Counted from the first letter of the stretch, positions 12,244 through 22,018 are shown. The stretch is 64,000 nt of DNA from an uncultured Acidobacteriota bacterium (GCA_963843575.1 CAWJKZ010000019.1:320001-384000), one strand, 5' to 3'. Program-made: numbers and translations. Notes: generated by a model not told the origin, from the letters alone.

Positions 12244-12585
12244 TCAGGCGTCGGCTATTTTAACCTTGGCGTCCGGGCTGGTTCCTTTGATGACAACCTT
12301 CACAGCATCTTCCATCGGGTCTTTGAAGGGAACCTCGATCCGGAGCAGGCCGTGCTCGTAGGTCGCTTCTGCTTTGACGGGTTTCACCGGCCAGCCTAAA
12401 GCCAGTGCCGAAACATACTCGACGTCCCTTGCCGGCGCTGTCAGGTGAATGCTGTCTTCCAGGATCTTCACATCGATGCTCTCTGTTGGCGCTCCCGGGA
12501 TGGCGAACTCTACTACCAGCTTGTTGGTCTCCGCGTCCGCATACGCCACCGTATTTGGCGCAACCTTGATTCGATATTCCGACAT
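12244..12585 (-). CDS. Hsp20/alpha-crystallin small heat-shock protein
   Basis: VEFAIPGA...IDVKILEDSIHLTA...AEATYEHGLLRIEVPF; AGAGAGGG RBS before ATG 12585. Confidence 0.85.
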   Translation of the reverse strand: MSEYRIKVAPNTVAYADAETNKLVVEFAIPGAPTESIDVKILEDSIHLTAPARDVEYVSALALGWPVKPVKAEATYEHGLLRIEVPFKDPMEDAVKVVIKGTSPDAKVKIADA

Positions 12586-12741
12586 CCTGATACCCTCTCT
12601 TTTCACCAATGTCATTGATTTCATTGAAACAGGCACAATTGATCTTCTGAAACGACCCCCCGCAAAATGAGTTTTCCGGTCCTTCGAAGACGCTATGGTC
12701 CCGCCTCCGCTTTCCCGCCAGATCATTAAAGAAGCACTTAA

Positions 12742-12806
12742 TGCATACCATCATGGCCCTTCGGTGTAAGTTCACTACTGATCACAGGTATGGTCAAAAC
12801 AGCTCA
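12742..12806 (-). promoter_or_regulatory. Tandem-box promoter, site C (hsp20)
   Basis: Minus strand TGAGCTGTTTTGACC and TGATCAGTAGTGAAC 22 bp apart; TATGCA 22 nt after box 2. Confidence 0.75.
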
Positions 12807-12819
12807 TTTAGAACTGCAG

Positions 12820-12884
12820 TGAGCCATTTTGACCGTTGTTCTGATCAATAGCGAACTGACATAGGATATCCACAAGGGTATATA
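12820..12884 (+). promoter_or_regulatory. Tandem-box promoter, site D (Gln-rich protein)
   Basis: TGAGCCATTTTGACC (12820), TGATCAATAGCGAAC (12842), then CTGACA-N17-TATATA. Confidence 0.8.
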
Positions 12885-13030
12885 TAGAGTGCCTCCAGGA
12901 TCTGGTGGGAGGCGGACGACAGAAGTGAGAAGTTGTCTGTTTCCTACGCTGTTTGTCGTGCTCCTCGGCGCATTGCATTCCGGGGGGGCTGCATTTCATG
13001 GAGCAAGCGGATTATTAGAGGAGGGGGACA

Positions 13031-14296
13031 ATGAGAGTTATCTCGAATCGGGTTGTGTTGGTGGTTGCGATTGTCATATTGTCGTTGTCGGGAATGAGTG
13101 CGCTAACCAACGCGCAGGAAGATCAAAAACAAAAGCAAAAAAAGGAGGTACAAAAGCAGCAGAACCCCAAGCAGCAGCAGCAAAAACAACAGCTCGACAA
13201 AAAAGAGCAGCAGGCAGCGCAGCAACAAAGGGTCCAGCAACAGCAGCAAGGGAAAAACAAGCAGCAGCAGCAAGCCCAGCAGCTGGCCGAGCAGCAGCGG
13301 AATCTGCAGCAGCAGCAGGAGCAGAACAGGCAGCAGCAGCTGGCGCAGCAACAGCAGATCCAGCAACAGCAGCGGCTAGCCCAGCAGGAGCGGAATCTGC
13401 AACTGCAGCGGCAGCAGCAGGAGCAGAACAGGCAGCAGCAGCTGTCACAGCAACAGCAGGTCCAGCAACAGCAGCGGCTAGCCCAGCAGGAGCGGAATCT
13501 GCAACTGCAGCGGCAGCAGCAGGAGCAGAACAGGCAGCAGCAGCTGGCGCAGCAACAGCAGATCCAGCAACAGCAGCGGCTCGCCCAGCAGGAGCGGAAT
13601 CTGCAACTGCAGCGGCAGCAGCAGGAGCAGAACAGGCAGCAGCAGCAAGACCGGAACTGGCAAACACAGCGTACGCAGCAGCAACAGGAGCGTCTCTCAC
13701 AACAACGTCAGCAGCAACTCATTGAACAGCAGCAGCAACGCATGACGCAGTACCGTCAACATGTGGACCAGGAGCAGCGTCTCGCCCCACAGCGTATAGA
13801 ACAGCTTCAGCAGCAAAATCGGATGGCGCAATACCGTTTTCAACAACAGTACTTAGAGCGTATGCGTCAACAGCAAATGCGTTTCCAGAACGATCTCAAC
13901 CATGATTATTCCCGTGATCCGTTTTTCTACACGGCTCCGAGCTATCGATACAATCGTGGCGGCACCTACTACGAGACAAATCAATACGGCGTAGATTTGC
14001 TCCGGAAGGCCGTGAACTACGGTTACGCAGAAGGCTACAGGGCCGGACAGGCAGACCGGTCGGATCGCTGGCGTTCCAGCTACCAGGACTCCTACGCCTA
14101 TCAGGATGCAAACTACGGTTATGCCGGCTATTACGTGGACCAGGACGCTTACAACTACTACTTTCGCGAGGGCTTCCGTCGGGGATATGAAGATGGCTTC
14201 GCGCGCCGCTATCAATATGGTCGCTATTCAAACGGTAACTATAGCATCCTCGACAACATCTTAGGGGGAATTCTCACCCTATCGTCGCTTCGCTGA
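13031..14296 (+). CDS. Secreted glutamine-rich repeat protein with Tyr/Gly-rich C-terminal domain
   Basis: Signal peptide, long region about half Gln, C-terminal GYAEGYRAGQAD and YFREGFRRGYEDG; GAGGAGG RBS. Confidence 0.8.
   Translation: MRVISNRVVLVVAIVILSLSGMSALTNAQEDQKQKQKKEVQKQQNPKQQQQKQQLDKKEQQAAQQQRVQQQQQGKNKQQQQAQQLAEQQRNLQQQQEQNRQQQLAQQQQIQQQQRLAQQERNLQLQRQQQEQNRQQQLSQQQQVQQQQRLAQQERNLQLQRQQQEQNRQQQLAQQQQIQQQQRLAQQERNLQLQRQQQEQNRQQQQDRNWQTQRTQQQQERLSQQRQQQLIEQQQQRMTQYRQHVDQEQRLAPQRIEQLQQQNRMAQYRFQQQYLERMRQQQMRFQNDLNHDYSRDPFFYTAPSYRYNRGGTYYETNQYGVDLLRKAVNYGYAEGYRAGQADRSDRWRSSYQDSYAYQDANYGYAGYYVDQDAYNYYFREGFRRGYEDGFARRYQYGRYSNGNYSILDNILGGILTLSSLR
13290..13645 (+). repeat. Intragenic 102-bp (34-aa) tandem repeat, about 3.5 copies
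   Basis: CGGCT(A/C)GCCCAGCAGGAG recurs at 13373, 13475 and 13577. Confidence 0.9.
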
Positions 14297-14479
14297 GAAG
14301 AAAAACGGTGGTGTCCTGAATCAGCGCCTGGCTCCATAGATCAAGAACAATAAGTGGGAGCCGGGCGCGCCACGTTTCGTCCCGCCATGTGACCGCGCGG
14401 CGCGCCGGCCCGCCTTTGGGCGGCATCGCAAAGTCGCGACGCGCGCACAGCGGCGTCATGTAGCGGGTATTCCTTGTAG

Positions 14480-15235
14480 CTACGTGCTGCTTCGCATCCA
14501 GTTCTTGAGAATGTCGATGGGAACCGGGAAGACCACTGTCGTATTTTTCTCTACACCGATTTCGGTCAAGGTCTGCAGGTAGCGTAACTGAAGAGCTACC
14601 GGCTCCGTGTCTATGATGCCGGCGGCTTCCGCCAGTTTTGCCGCAGCCAGGCACTCCCCGTCCGCGTGGATGATCTTGGCTCTTTTCTCGCGCTCGGCTT
14701 CGGCCTGCTTGGCCATGGCACGCTGCATTTCCTGGGGCAGATCGACCTGCTTGACCTCCACGAGACTTACCTTGATCCCCCACGCGTCGGTGTGCTGATC
14801 GAGAATTGCCTGGAGCTTGACATTGAGTGTCTCTCGCCGGCTAAGCAAATCGTCCAAATCGACCTGGCCGAGAACCGAGCGCAAGGTCGTTTGCGCCAGT
14901 TGCGAGGTTGCGTAGAGATAATTCTCGACCTCCACGACGGCCCGAGGCGCATTCATGACCCTGAAATAGATGATCGCATTAACCTTCAGGGAAACGTTGT
15001 CGCGGGAAATGATGTCTTGGGGCGGCACTTCCAGGGTTACGGTGCGCAGACTGACCCGGACCATCCTGAAGACAGGCCAGAATATGAATACCAATCCTGG
15101 GCCCAGGGCCTCTGGCAGAAGACGGCCAAGCCTGAAGGCCACGCCGCGTTCGTATTCCTTGAGGATGTTTATCGTGCTCCAGACATAGAGAACGACAACG
15201 GCTATTCCAAAGAGCCAAAACATCGTAGGATCCAT
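14480..15235 (-). CDS. SPFH/slipin (stomatin-like) protein
   Basis: [44 protein letters not shown]. Confidence 0.92.
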   Translation of the reverse strand: MDPTMFWLFGIAVVVLYVWSTINILKEYERGVAFRLGRLLPEALGPGLVFIFWPVFRMVRVSLRTVTLEVPPQDIISRDNVSLKVNAIIYFRVMNAPRAVVEVENYLYATSQLAQTTLRSVLGQVDLDDLLSRRETLNVKLQAILDQHTDAWGIKVSLVEVKQVDLPQEMQRAMAKQAEAEREKRAKIIHADGECLAAAKLAEAAGIIDTEPVALQLRYLQTLTEIGVEKNTTVVFPVPIDILKNWMRSST

Positions 15236-15434
15236 GATTGCCTCTGAGCAACAATGCTATCGGGTTGGCTACACAAAAAAGAACCTGCAATTCGTCGAAT
15301 TCGTCCGCTCTTGAGTTCAAAGGTGAAGTCCGGGTGGTTTGGAGATTACACGGAGGCCGTAGCACAGGCCAACGGCGGCGCGCGGTCGGCTTTGCGTGCC
15401 CGGAGGGTGCGACTCCCCTCAATTCATCCGACCT

Positions 15435-15800
15435 TCATGCCGATTTGTCCGTCACAGCCCTCGGGGCGAAGCCTGCAACCGCTGCCTGCTCATTGTCATA
15501 AACCTGGAACACGGTCAAGAGCTTCGTGATTACCAGGAGTTCCCTTATTTTCCTGGTGAGGTTCAGGAGTTTTAGCTCCCCGCCCTCTTTCGTGACCGTC
15601 GTGTACGTTCTAACCAGCTCACCAATGCCCGAGCTGTCGACATAGTTCACGTCCGTCAAGTTCAGTACGACCTTCTTTCCACCATTCGCCAGAAGGTCGC
15701 TGATGGTGTGTCGAATGTTCGCCGTGGCTTCACCCAGGGTGATCTTACCGCTGATGTCCAGAACATGAACATCCCCAACCGCACGTGCGTGTATCTCCAT
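15435..15800 (-). CDS. STAS-domain anti-sigma-factor antagonist
   Basis: VVLNLTDVNYVDSSGIGELV with the phosphorylatable Ser; AAGGAG RBS before ATG 15800. Confidence 0.9.
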   Translation of the reverse strand: MEIHARAVGDVHVLDISGKITLGEATANIRHTISDLLANGGKKVVLNLTDVNYVDSSGIGELVRTYTTVTKEGGELKLLNLTRKIRELLVITKLLTVFQVYDNEQAAVAGFAPRAVTDKSA

Positions 15801-15843
15801 ACCTGTTTCTCTCCTTGTCTGCGAGTCCGTCGTATCCGCCGTC

Positions 15844-16737
15844 TCAGTGATATGCGGGCGTCGTTTTGTGCCGGAATTCGTCAACGCTCGATGAGTTCGG
15901 CACGCCTGCTCTTGGTCGCTTTACCTTGCTCGCAAGGCCTACCGCCTCGAGGGCACAGATGAGGTACCACCCAATGTCAGTCTGCCACCACCGCAGACCG
16001 AGGCGCGCCGATCCGGCGTTTTTGTGGTGATTTCTGTGCCAGTTTTCGCCCCACGCCGTCAATTGCAGCGGTCCGAGCCACCAGACGTTCATGCTGGAGT
16101 CCCCTTCAGTGGAGCGGCCCAGGTGAGTCAGACTGTTGACGAGACTCTGCATGTGCAGCGAATAGACCAGACGAATTGCGCCCAGCCAGAAGAAACCCTG
16201 CCATCCGAGCACGAGACCACAGCAGAGGGATAGCAGGATCACGGGAACTTCAGCAAAGGTCCAAATCTTGTACTCCCGGCGAGTCAACTCCGGGCACCAC
16301 CTTTTCCTGTCCGCCGGAGCTGACTGGTAAAGCCAGCGCAAGTGCGCCCACCAGAAGCCCCCCTGCTTAGGACTGGAGATGTCTTCCGGGGTATCCGTGC
16401 GTGCGTGATGCAGCCGGTGGTAGGCAACCCAACTGGCCGGCGCTCCCGAGCCGTTGAACATGGTCCAGAAAATAAGCAGGTGCTCAACGGCCTTGTTCAT
16501 CCTGAGAGTGCGGTGCGCCAGCATTCGATGGTAACAGACCGTCGTACCGAACCCGCCAAAGGCTGTGAGCAGGAGGGTTATGCCCAGAACCCGCATGCTG
16601 GGGAGGGGAAAGAGAATGAGACCGGCCAAAGCCAGGACGTGAATCAGCACCAGATAAAGAGCAACCCCCATCTTACCTCGGGCAGGCCTCCAGAAGGGCT
16701 GTTCCCACGGCCGAACCGCGTTAGTGGTCTTGTACAT
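15844..16737 (-). CDS. Acyl-lipid/acyl-CoA delta-9-type fatty acid desaturase
   Basis: His boxes HRMLAH, HRLHH, HRNHH; GFWWAH and WWQTDIGW. Confidence 0.88.
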   Translation of the reverse strand: MYKTTNAVRPWEQPFWRPARGKMGVALYLVLIHVLALAGLILFPLPSMRVLGITLLLTAFGGFGTTVCYHRMLAHRTLRMNKAVEHLLIFWTMFNGSGAPASWVAYHRLHHARTDTPEDISSPKQGGFWWAHLRWLYQSAPADRKRWCPELTRREYKIWTFAEVPVILLSLCCGLVLGWQGFFWLGAIRLVYSLHMQSLVNSLTHLGRSTEGDSSMNVWWLGPLQLTAWGENWHRNHHKNAGSARLGLRWWQTDIGWYLICALEAVGLASKVKRPRAGVPNSSSVDEFRHKTTPAYH

Positions 16738-16795
16738 GCATGCTCCGGCTTTGTGCGAGTTCCCGCATTCGGCTCGCCAAGGCCCCTGACAATAC

Positions 16796-16860
16796 TCATT
16801 ACCCCGACGCGATTGGCCTGTCAGTTCATTACGGCTCAGTCGTATGGTCAAAATTGCTCA
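16796..16860 (-). promoter_or_regulatory. Tandem-box promoter, site E (desaturase-STAS-slipin)
   Basis: Minus strand TGAGCAATTTTGACC, TGAGCCGTAATGAAC 22 bp later, then CTGACA-N17-TAATGA. Confidence 0.8.
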
Positions 16861-16913
16861 TCGCGGTTTCATGAGGGCAAGTGCCGTGCTTATTGCGGCC
16901 CCGGATCTCAGGG

Positions 16914-16969
16914 GGCGCCGGGCATGCCTCCGGGCGGCGGCATGAGCGATATGTGCTGAACCGGCCGCG
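16914..16969 (+). pseudogene. Orphan groEL 3'-end fragment
   Basis: 50/56 nt identical to 25187-25242; reads APGMPPGGGMSDMC* versus [14 protein letters not shown]; followed by hairpin GGGACTGCC-GCCG-GGCAGTCCC (16986-17007). Confidence 0.85.
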
Positions 16970-17177
16970 GCAGGTGTCGCTGTTGGGGACTGCCGCCGGG
17001 CAGTCCCAGGAGTTTCGCCCCGGGGCCTCTAGCCGGATCGCTCACGTCCGGTTTTCAGTCCCGTGGCTTTCCCCCAAATCGGCAGCGAGGACGGCAGGTC
17101 AACAGCCCATTGCGGCCCTCTCGCCAAGTCCAAAAACGCCTGCAGTGCCTTGGTCCCTGCTGAGGCGCGCCAACCGA

Positions 17178-17242
17178 TGAGCAGTTTTGACCGGAAGCGT
17201 GAGCAAAATGGAACATACGCGCCAATGACCCATCGGTAATAT
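17178..17242 (+). promoter_or_regulatory. Tandem-box promoter, site F (zf-HC2 / radical SAM)
   Basis: TGAGCAGTTTTGACC (17178), TGAGCAAAATGGAAC (17200); TAATAT 22 nt after box 2. Confidence 0.75.
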
Positions 17243-17268
17243 CCTCTCATTAGGTCGCCGGAGGCATT

Positions 17269-17493
17269 ATGGGCGCATGCAGTTTTGACCGGTTGTTGCA
17301 GTTCATCAACGAGCGGTTGGACCTGGACGGGCAGCTTGAGGTCTACGATCACCTTGACCAATGCCCTATTTGCCGTGATGCCGTTTGCCAGCTTTTTCGT
17401 GAGCGGGATGGAGCATTCGAAACGGCAGCAGAATCTCCGGGCTGCGTACAGATGATCGCGGACGTTCTTGCAGGCATGGCGTGCCAGGCTTGA
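17269..17493 (+). CDS. Stand-alone zf-HC2 (anti-sigma-type zinc finger) small protein
   Basis: HLDQCPIC (HxxxCxxC) plus an N-terminal Cys; GGAGG RBS. Confidence 0.7.
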   Translation: MGACSFDRLLQFINERLDLDGQLEVYDHLDQCPICRDAVCQLFRERDGAFETAAESPGCVQMIADVLAGMACQA

Positions 17494-17582
17494 GGTTCAA
17501 GCCTGTGGTGCTCGAAGATACGCCTGGGACAATGGCACTTTCGGGTCGGGCCCCAGACACATATGCAGAATCCGAAGCTGTA

Positions 17583-19572
17583 ATGGAGCAAGCCCCGGCT
17601 AAGCGAATTGCGTGCAAACGCCTGACCGTAGTCCTGATCAAGCCCTCCAAGTATGATGACGAAGGCTACGTCATTCGTCATTTCCGTGGCGTCCTGCCAA
17701 GCAACACGCTGGCTTGCCTTTCGAGCCTCACCGAAGATCTGAAGCGCCGCAGGGTGCTTGGCCGCAAACTCGAAATAAGGATCCGAATCTTCGATGATAC
17801 GGTCCAGCCGATCCCTGTCGACAGGATCATTCGTTCCAACAAACTCCCTCGAAACCGGACGGTCGTCGCCCTGGTCGGTGTTCAATCCAACCAGTTTCCT
17901 CGCGCTGCCGACCTGGCCCGCCGCTTTCGTGCGGGAGGGCTGCAGGTCCTTATCGGAGGATTTCACGTCAGCGGCATCCTGGCTCTGTTTTCGGAAATCA
18001 GGCCTGAAATCCAGGAATTGATCGATCTCGGTGTCACCGTGGTGAAAGGTGAGGTGGAGGAGACGTGGGGAGATATTCTCGAGGATGCACTCCACGACAG
18101 GCTCAAACCGATCTACGACTTTCTGGACAGGAAGCCCGATCTCTCCGACAAGCCCGTGCCGATGATCCATCGCTCCTACCTGAAGCGCTTCATCACTTCA
18201 AATTTCGGTACGATCGACTGCGGCCGCGGCTGCCCCTACAACTGCAGCTTCTGCACGATCATTAACGTGCAGGGGCACAAAGTGCGCTTCCGGTCCGTTG
18301 AGACGCTGACCAGCGCCATTCGCGAAAACTATCATCGGCATGGCATCGACTACTACTTCTTCACCGACGACAACTTCGCACGGAATGCCTGCTGGCGTGA
18401 GGTTTTCGAAATGCTGGCACGCCTGCGAGCTGAAGAGGACATTTCCATCCGCTTCATGATCCAGGTGGACACACAGTCCTACAAGATCCCGGATTTCGTC
18501 GAGCTGGCTTCTCGCGCCGGCTGCACCCAGGTTTTCATCGGGATGGAGAGCATCAATCCGAGAAACCTGAAAGCCGCGGGCAAGGCCCAGAACAAGGTGC
18601 AGGAGTACAGGGAGATGATCGCGGCGTGGCATGCGGCAAAGATCGCCACGCACATCGCCTACATCATCGGTTTCCCGTTCGACACTCCCGAATCGGTTGA
18701 AGAGGACGTAAACAGCCTGAAGCAGGAACTCGGGGTGGAGCAGGTATCATTTTTCATGCTGACTGCCTCTGCCCGGCTCGCAGGATCACGCGCGCATGGT
18801 GCGCGCCGGGGAGTACATGGATCCCGATCTGAACACGTATGATTCCTTCCATGAGACCACGCGGCACCCGAACTTCGCTCCCGGTGAGTGGTATGCCACG
18901 TACCGGAAAGCCTGGCGGAGCTTCTACTCCTTTGATTACATGCGGCACGTCCTGGCGAACGCCAATCCCGAGAATTACTGGAATATCCTCCGCAATTTCA
19001 TCTGGTACAAGAACTCCGTGCAAATCGAGGGCGGCCATCCGATGATCCATGGGTTGTTCCGCATGAAAGACCGCACAGACCGCCGCCCTGGATTTCCCAT
19101 CGAATCACGTCTCAGGCACTTTGTGCGGCGTTTTCGCGATGTGCGCAGTCTCGCGCGGAAGTGGATCGCGCTGGTGCTGGAGATGGAGGAGCTTTGGCTG
19201 CAAACGCGCATCCGCAGCAAGGCCGAGCTCCGTCTTATATTCGAGTTGAAGCGGGCGCGCGAGGAGGTCAACCGCAACTTGCGGACGGCCGAACTGCAGA
19301 TCGCTCATTACCGGGCGAAAGTTCATGTGCCGGAGCTGCGCGTACCCTCCAGGCTGTCGTTGGCTTTCCGGGACCTCAATCTCGATCTGGCAAAACGGGT
19401 GACCTACTCCCGGGCGGATCTCCAAGTGTTTTGGAACAGGACCTGGAAAAGGTGGCGCCGCCGGCAGATCCTCCTCATTCGCCCGCACAGGGTATTCCTG
19501 AATTTTCTTCGCGACGCCGAGTTGCTGTTGCTGTTTGCAGTAGCGCTTCTGCGTGCCGAACAGCACTCTTGA
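17583..19572 (+). CDS. B12-binding radical SAM protein (one frameshift near 18770)
   Basis: GRGCPYNCSFC (CxxxCxxC), FFTDDNF, VFIGMES, YIIGFPFDT; the TPLPGS motif spans the frameshift into ORF 18796..19572. Confidence 0.85.
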
Positions 19573-19635
19573 GCCACACCCCGGCCGGCTGACCGTGAAG
19601 GGCCGGTCCGGATTTGATCAAGAACGCAACCTTAA

Positions 19636-19782
19636 GGGCTCGCGCAAGAATTATTTCACATTTTGCTGACGGTTCCCGAGCCAACAGATCATGCAGCAAC
19701 TAACGATAGGAGATTGCTATTGACGGAGCCGTCAGCCCTCCGGGGCGCGGCGCCACAATGTGAACTTATTTCTTGCGCGAAC
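19636..19782. mobile_element. Putative MITE, family 3 (TIR GGGYTCGCGCAAGAA...TTCACAT)
   Basis: Left GGGCTCGCGCAAGAATTATTTCACATT, right AATGTGAACTTATTTCTTGCGCGAAC; internal CTGACGGTTCC/GGAGCCGTCAG stem; related ends at 26276, 46136, 59293. Confidence 0.65.
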
Positions 19783-19820
19783 GTATTCTTGGGATGGAGC
19801 TGGTCACCGATTGACAACAG

Positions 19821-20127
19821 CAGAACGCGGATCTTCGCGGATTTTACGGATTCACGCGGATCGGCCGCGCCCGGCATTCCTCCCCGAGGGCCGGCGCTTC
19901 GCGCCGATGCATCAAAGCCCGGCTCCCGCAGGAAAGCGCGCGGTTGGAAGGATGCCGCTTCGATTCAAGGTCCACGTTTTCCTGCAGGAGCCGGGCTTTG
20001 ATGCGTGCCAAAGGCAGCCCTCGGGGAGGAATGCCGGGCGCGGCCTGCCAGCAGGCAGCAATCCGCGTGTATCCGCGCAAATCCGCGTCCTGGAATCGTC
20101 AGCGTATTTCTGAACACGAGTACTAAG
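19821..20127 (+). repeat. Family 1 element with nested long inverted repeats
   Basis: Perfect 29-bp IR (19863-19891/20017-20045) and 26/27 IR (19909-19935/19978-20004) inside CGCGGAT arms; ends GTACTAAG. Confidence 0.8.
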
Positions 20128-20131
20128 CTGA

Positions 20132-20196
20132 TGAGCAATATTGCCCAGGCCGGTGATCAGTACTGCACTGACACGCGCCCCATCCGAAGCTATAAA
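20132..20196 (+). promoter_or_regulatory. Tandem-box promoter, site G (VWA-sortase)
   Basis: TGAGCAATATTGCCC (20132), TGATCAGTACTGCAC (20154), then CTGACA-N17-TATAAA. Confidence 0.8.
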
Positions 20197-20287
20197 GACA
20201 TGTGCTTCGAGCTGTCCGCCGGACAGGGCTCAGCACGTCAGATTGGGACTAAACCTTCAGTAGGGGAATGCACGGGGAGGTGAGGTC

Positions 20288-21313
20288 GTGCGGGTTGCGG
20301 TTGTTCTGAGTTCCCGGGCTTACGCAAGGAGGAAGGGTGCCGTCGCACACCTGTGTCTGGCCGCATTATATTCCCTGATCATTTTACCCGGCATTGCGCG
20401 CGCTCAAGAGGCGCCGCCGTCGCAGAGCCAGAGCTGCCAAGGGGACCAGTATACGATAAGTGTGAGCGTTGACATGGTGGTCCTGAACGCGACTGTGGTG
20501 AATCGCAAAGGGGAGCTCGTTTCGGGACTCGGCCAGGGAGACTTTCGGGTTTACGAGGACGGACTCCTCCAAGAGGTTACGTCGTTCAGCCACGAAGACA
20601 TCCCGGTCACGGTCGGCCTGGTCGTCGACAACAGTGGAAGCATGCGGTCCAAGCGCCCCGAAGTCATTTTCGCGGCATTGGCGTTTGCCCGCTCCAGCAA
20701 TGCGGAAGACCAGATGTTCGTGGTCAGTTTCAACGAAAGCGTTTCGTTCGGCCTGCCAGACGACACGCCGTTTACGGATAAGGAGGCTCAACTGAAGGCC
20801 GCCCTGTCCAGGATTGCCGCAAACGGCAAGACGGCCCTCTACGACGCCGTGGCTGCTGCACTCGAACACCTAAAAAAGGGAAATCGGGACAAGAAGGTGC
20901 TGATCGTGATTAGTGATGGAGGCGACAACGCCAGCACGCGCAAACTTGCAGAGATCATGGCCATGGCGGCCCAGTCCGATGCCATCGTCTACACGATTGG
21001 TGTCTTCGATGAGACTGATCCCGACCGCAACCCGGGTGTGCTCAAGCAGCTTGCAAAGACCACGGGTGGCCAGGCTTTCTTTCCCGAATCTGTTAAGGAA
21101 GTCTTCCCTATTTGCAACCAGATCGCTCGTGACATTCGCAACCAGTACTCCCTCGCGTACCTGCCCAAGAATGTGAAGCAGGACGGGACTTATCGGGTCA
21201 TACAGGTAGATGCCGGGACGCCGGGCCGCAAACGTTTGTCCGTCCGCACCCGGGCCGGGTACTATGCACCACTAACACCTGAACGAGTTACGGGAGCCGG
21301 AGCGGTCCCATGA
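20288..21313 (+). CDS. VWA domain protein (acidobacterial VWFA-related type)
   Basis: MIDAS DNSGS, TALYDA, VISDGGDNAS, QYSLAY, VRTRAGYYAP; signal peptide; start uncertain. Confidence 0.9.
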   Translation: MRVAVVLSSRAYARRKGAVAHLCLAALYSLIILPGIARAQEAPPSQSQSCQGDQYTISVSVDMVVLNATVVNRKGELVSGLGQGDFRVYEDGLLQEVTSFSHEDIPVTVGLVVDNSGSMRSKRPEVIFAALAFARSSNAEDQMFVVSFNESVSFGLPDDTPFTDKEAQLKAALSRIAANGKTALYDAVAAALEHLKKGNRDKKVLIVISDGGDNASTRKLAEIMAMAAQSDAIVYTIGVFDETDPDRNPGVLKQLAKTTGGQAFFPESVKEVFPICNQIARDIRNQYSLAYLPKNVKQDGTYRVIQVDAGTPGRKRLSVRTRAGYYAPLTPERVTGAGAVP

Positions 21314-21984
21314 AGATCCGAATTGAGGAGAGGCGACCTCTTCCGAGGCGAAATAATGTCTTCCTTTGTTGGGGCCGGCGCCTCCTTTTTCTCATCGGCG
21401 CCCTGGCGGTGGGGTACGTCAGCTTCGCTTTCGTCGATGCGAGGCTTTATCAGGCCGCTCAAGCCCGGCGATTTCAACAGGAATTGGACAGCTTGAGAGC
21501 CTCTGCCGGCAGCGAACCCACTCCCCGGTCGCCCCTGCTTCCGCCCGCCGCGAACCATGCGAGAGCTGATATCCCCGGCATCTCCGGGCGAGGAGACTCC
21601 TCGTTGGGGCGGATCGAGATAAAAACCATCGGCCTTGCGGCGATGATCCTCGAAGGTACCGATGGACGAACTCTGCGACACGCGGTAGGGCATATTCCCG
21701 GCACTCCGCTTCCGGGCCAGCAGGGGAATGTGGCCCTCACGGGGCACCGGGACACTTTTTTCAGGCCCTTGCACAATGTCCATAGGGATGACGAAATTAC
21801 CCTGACAACATTGGCAGGAATCTACCGTTATCGAGTGGACTCGACCCGAGTGGTCGAACCCGAGGACACCGAAGTGCTGGCTGATTCCAGCGATGCAGTC
21901 CTCACCCTGGTGACCTGTTATCCGTTTTATTATGTAGGCCCCGCACCCAGGAGATTTGTCGTTCGCGCCAGCCTGATTCATTGA
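21310..21984 (+). CDS. Class D sortase
   Basis: N-terminal TM; catalytic His (GHRDTFF), Cys (LTLVTCYPF), Arg (APRRFVV); ATGA overlap with VWA gene. Confidence 0.92.
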   Translation: MKIRIEERRPLPRRNNVFLCWGRRLLFLIGALAVGYVSFAFVDARLYQAAQARRFQQELDSLRASAGSEPTPRSPLLPPAANHARADIPGISGRGDSSLGRIEIKTIGLAAMILEGTDGRTLRHAVGHIPGTPLPGQQGNVALTGHRDTFFRPLHNVHRDDEITLTTLAGIYRYRVDSTRVVEPEDTEVLADSSDAVLTLVTCYPFYYVGPAPRRFVVRASLIH

Positions 21985-22018
21985 TTCGCCCCTGCAGCCG
22001 AGTTCGCCTCGCTTCGAG

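Noticed and set aside
12889-13725. Ala-rich ORFs 12889..13725 (+) and 13074..13700 (-) and Leu-rich antisense ORFs
   Set aside because: Alternative-frame shadows of the CAG-rich Gln repeat.
15245-15259. TGAGCAACAATGCTA as a ninth regulon site
   Set aside because: Single poor box, no partner at 22 bp, oriented away from the slipin gene.
17279-17292. GCAGTTTTGACCGG echo of box 1
   Set aside because: Inside the zf-HC2 coding sequence, lacks the TGA head and second box.
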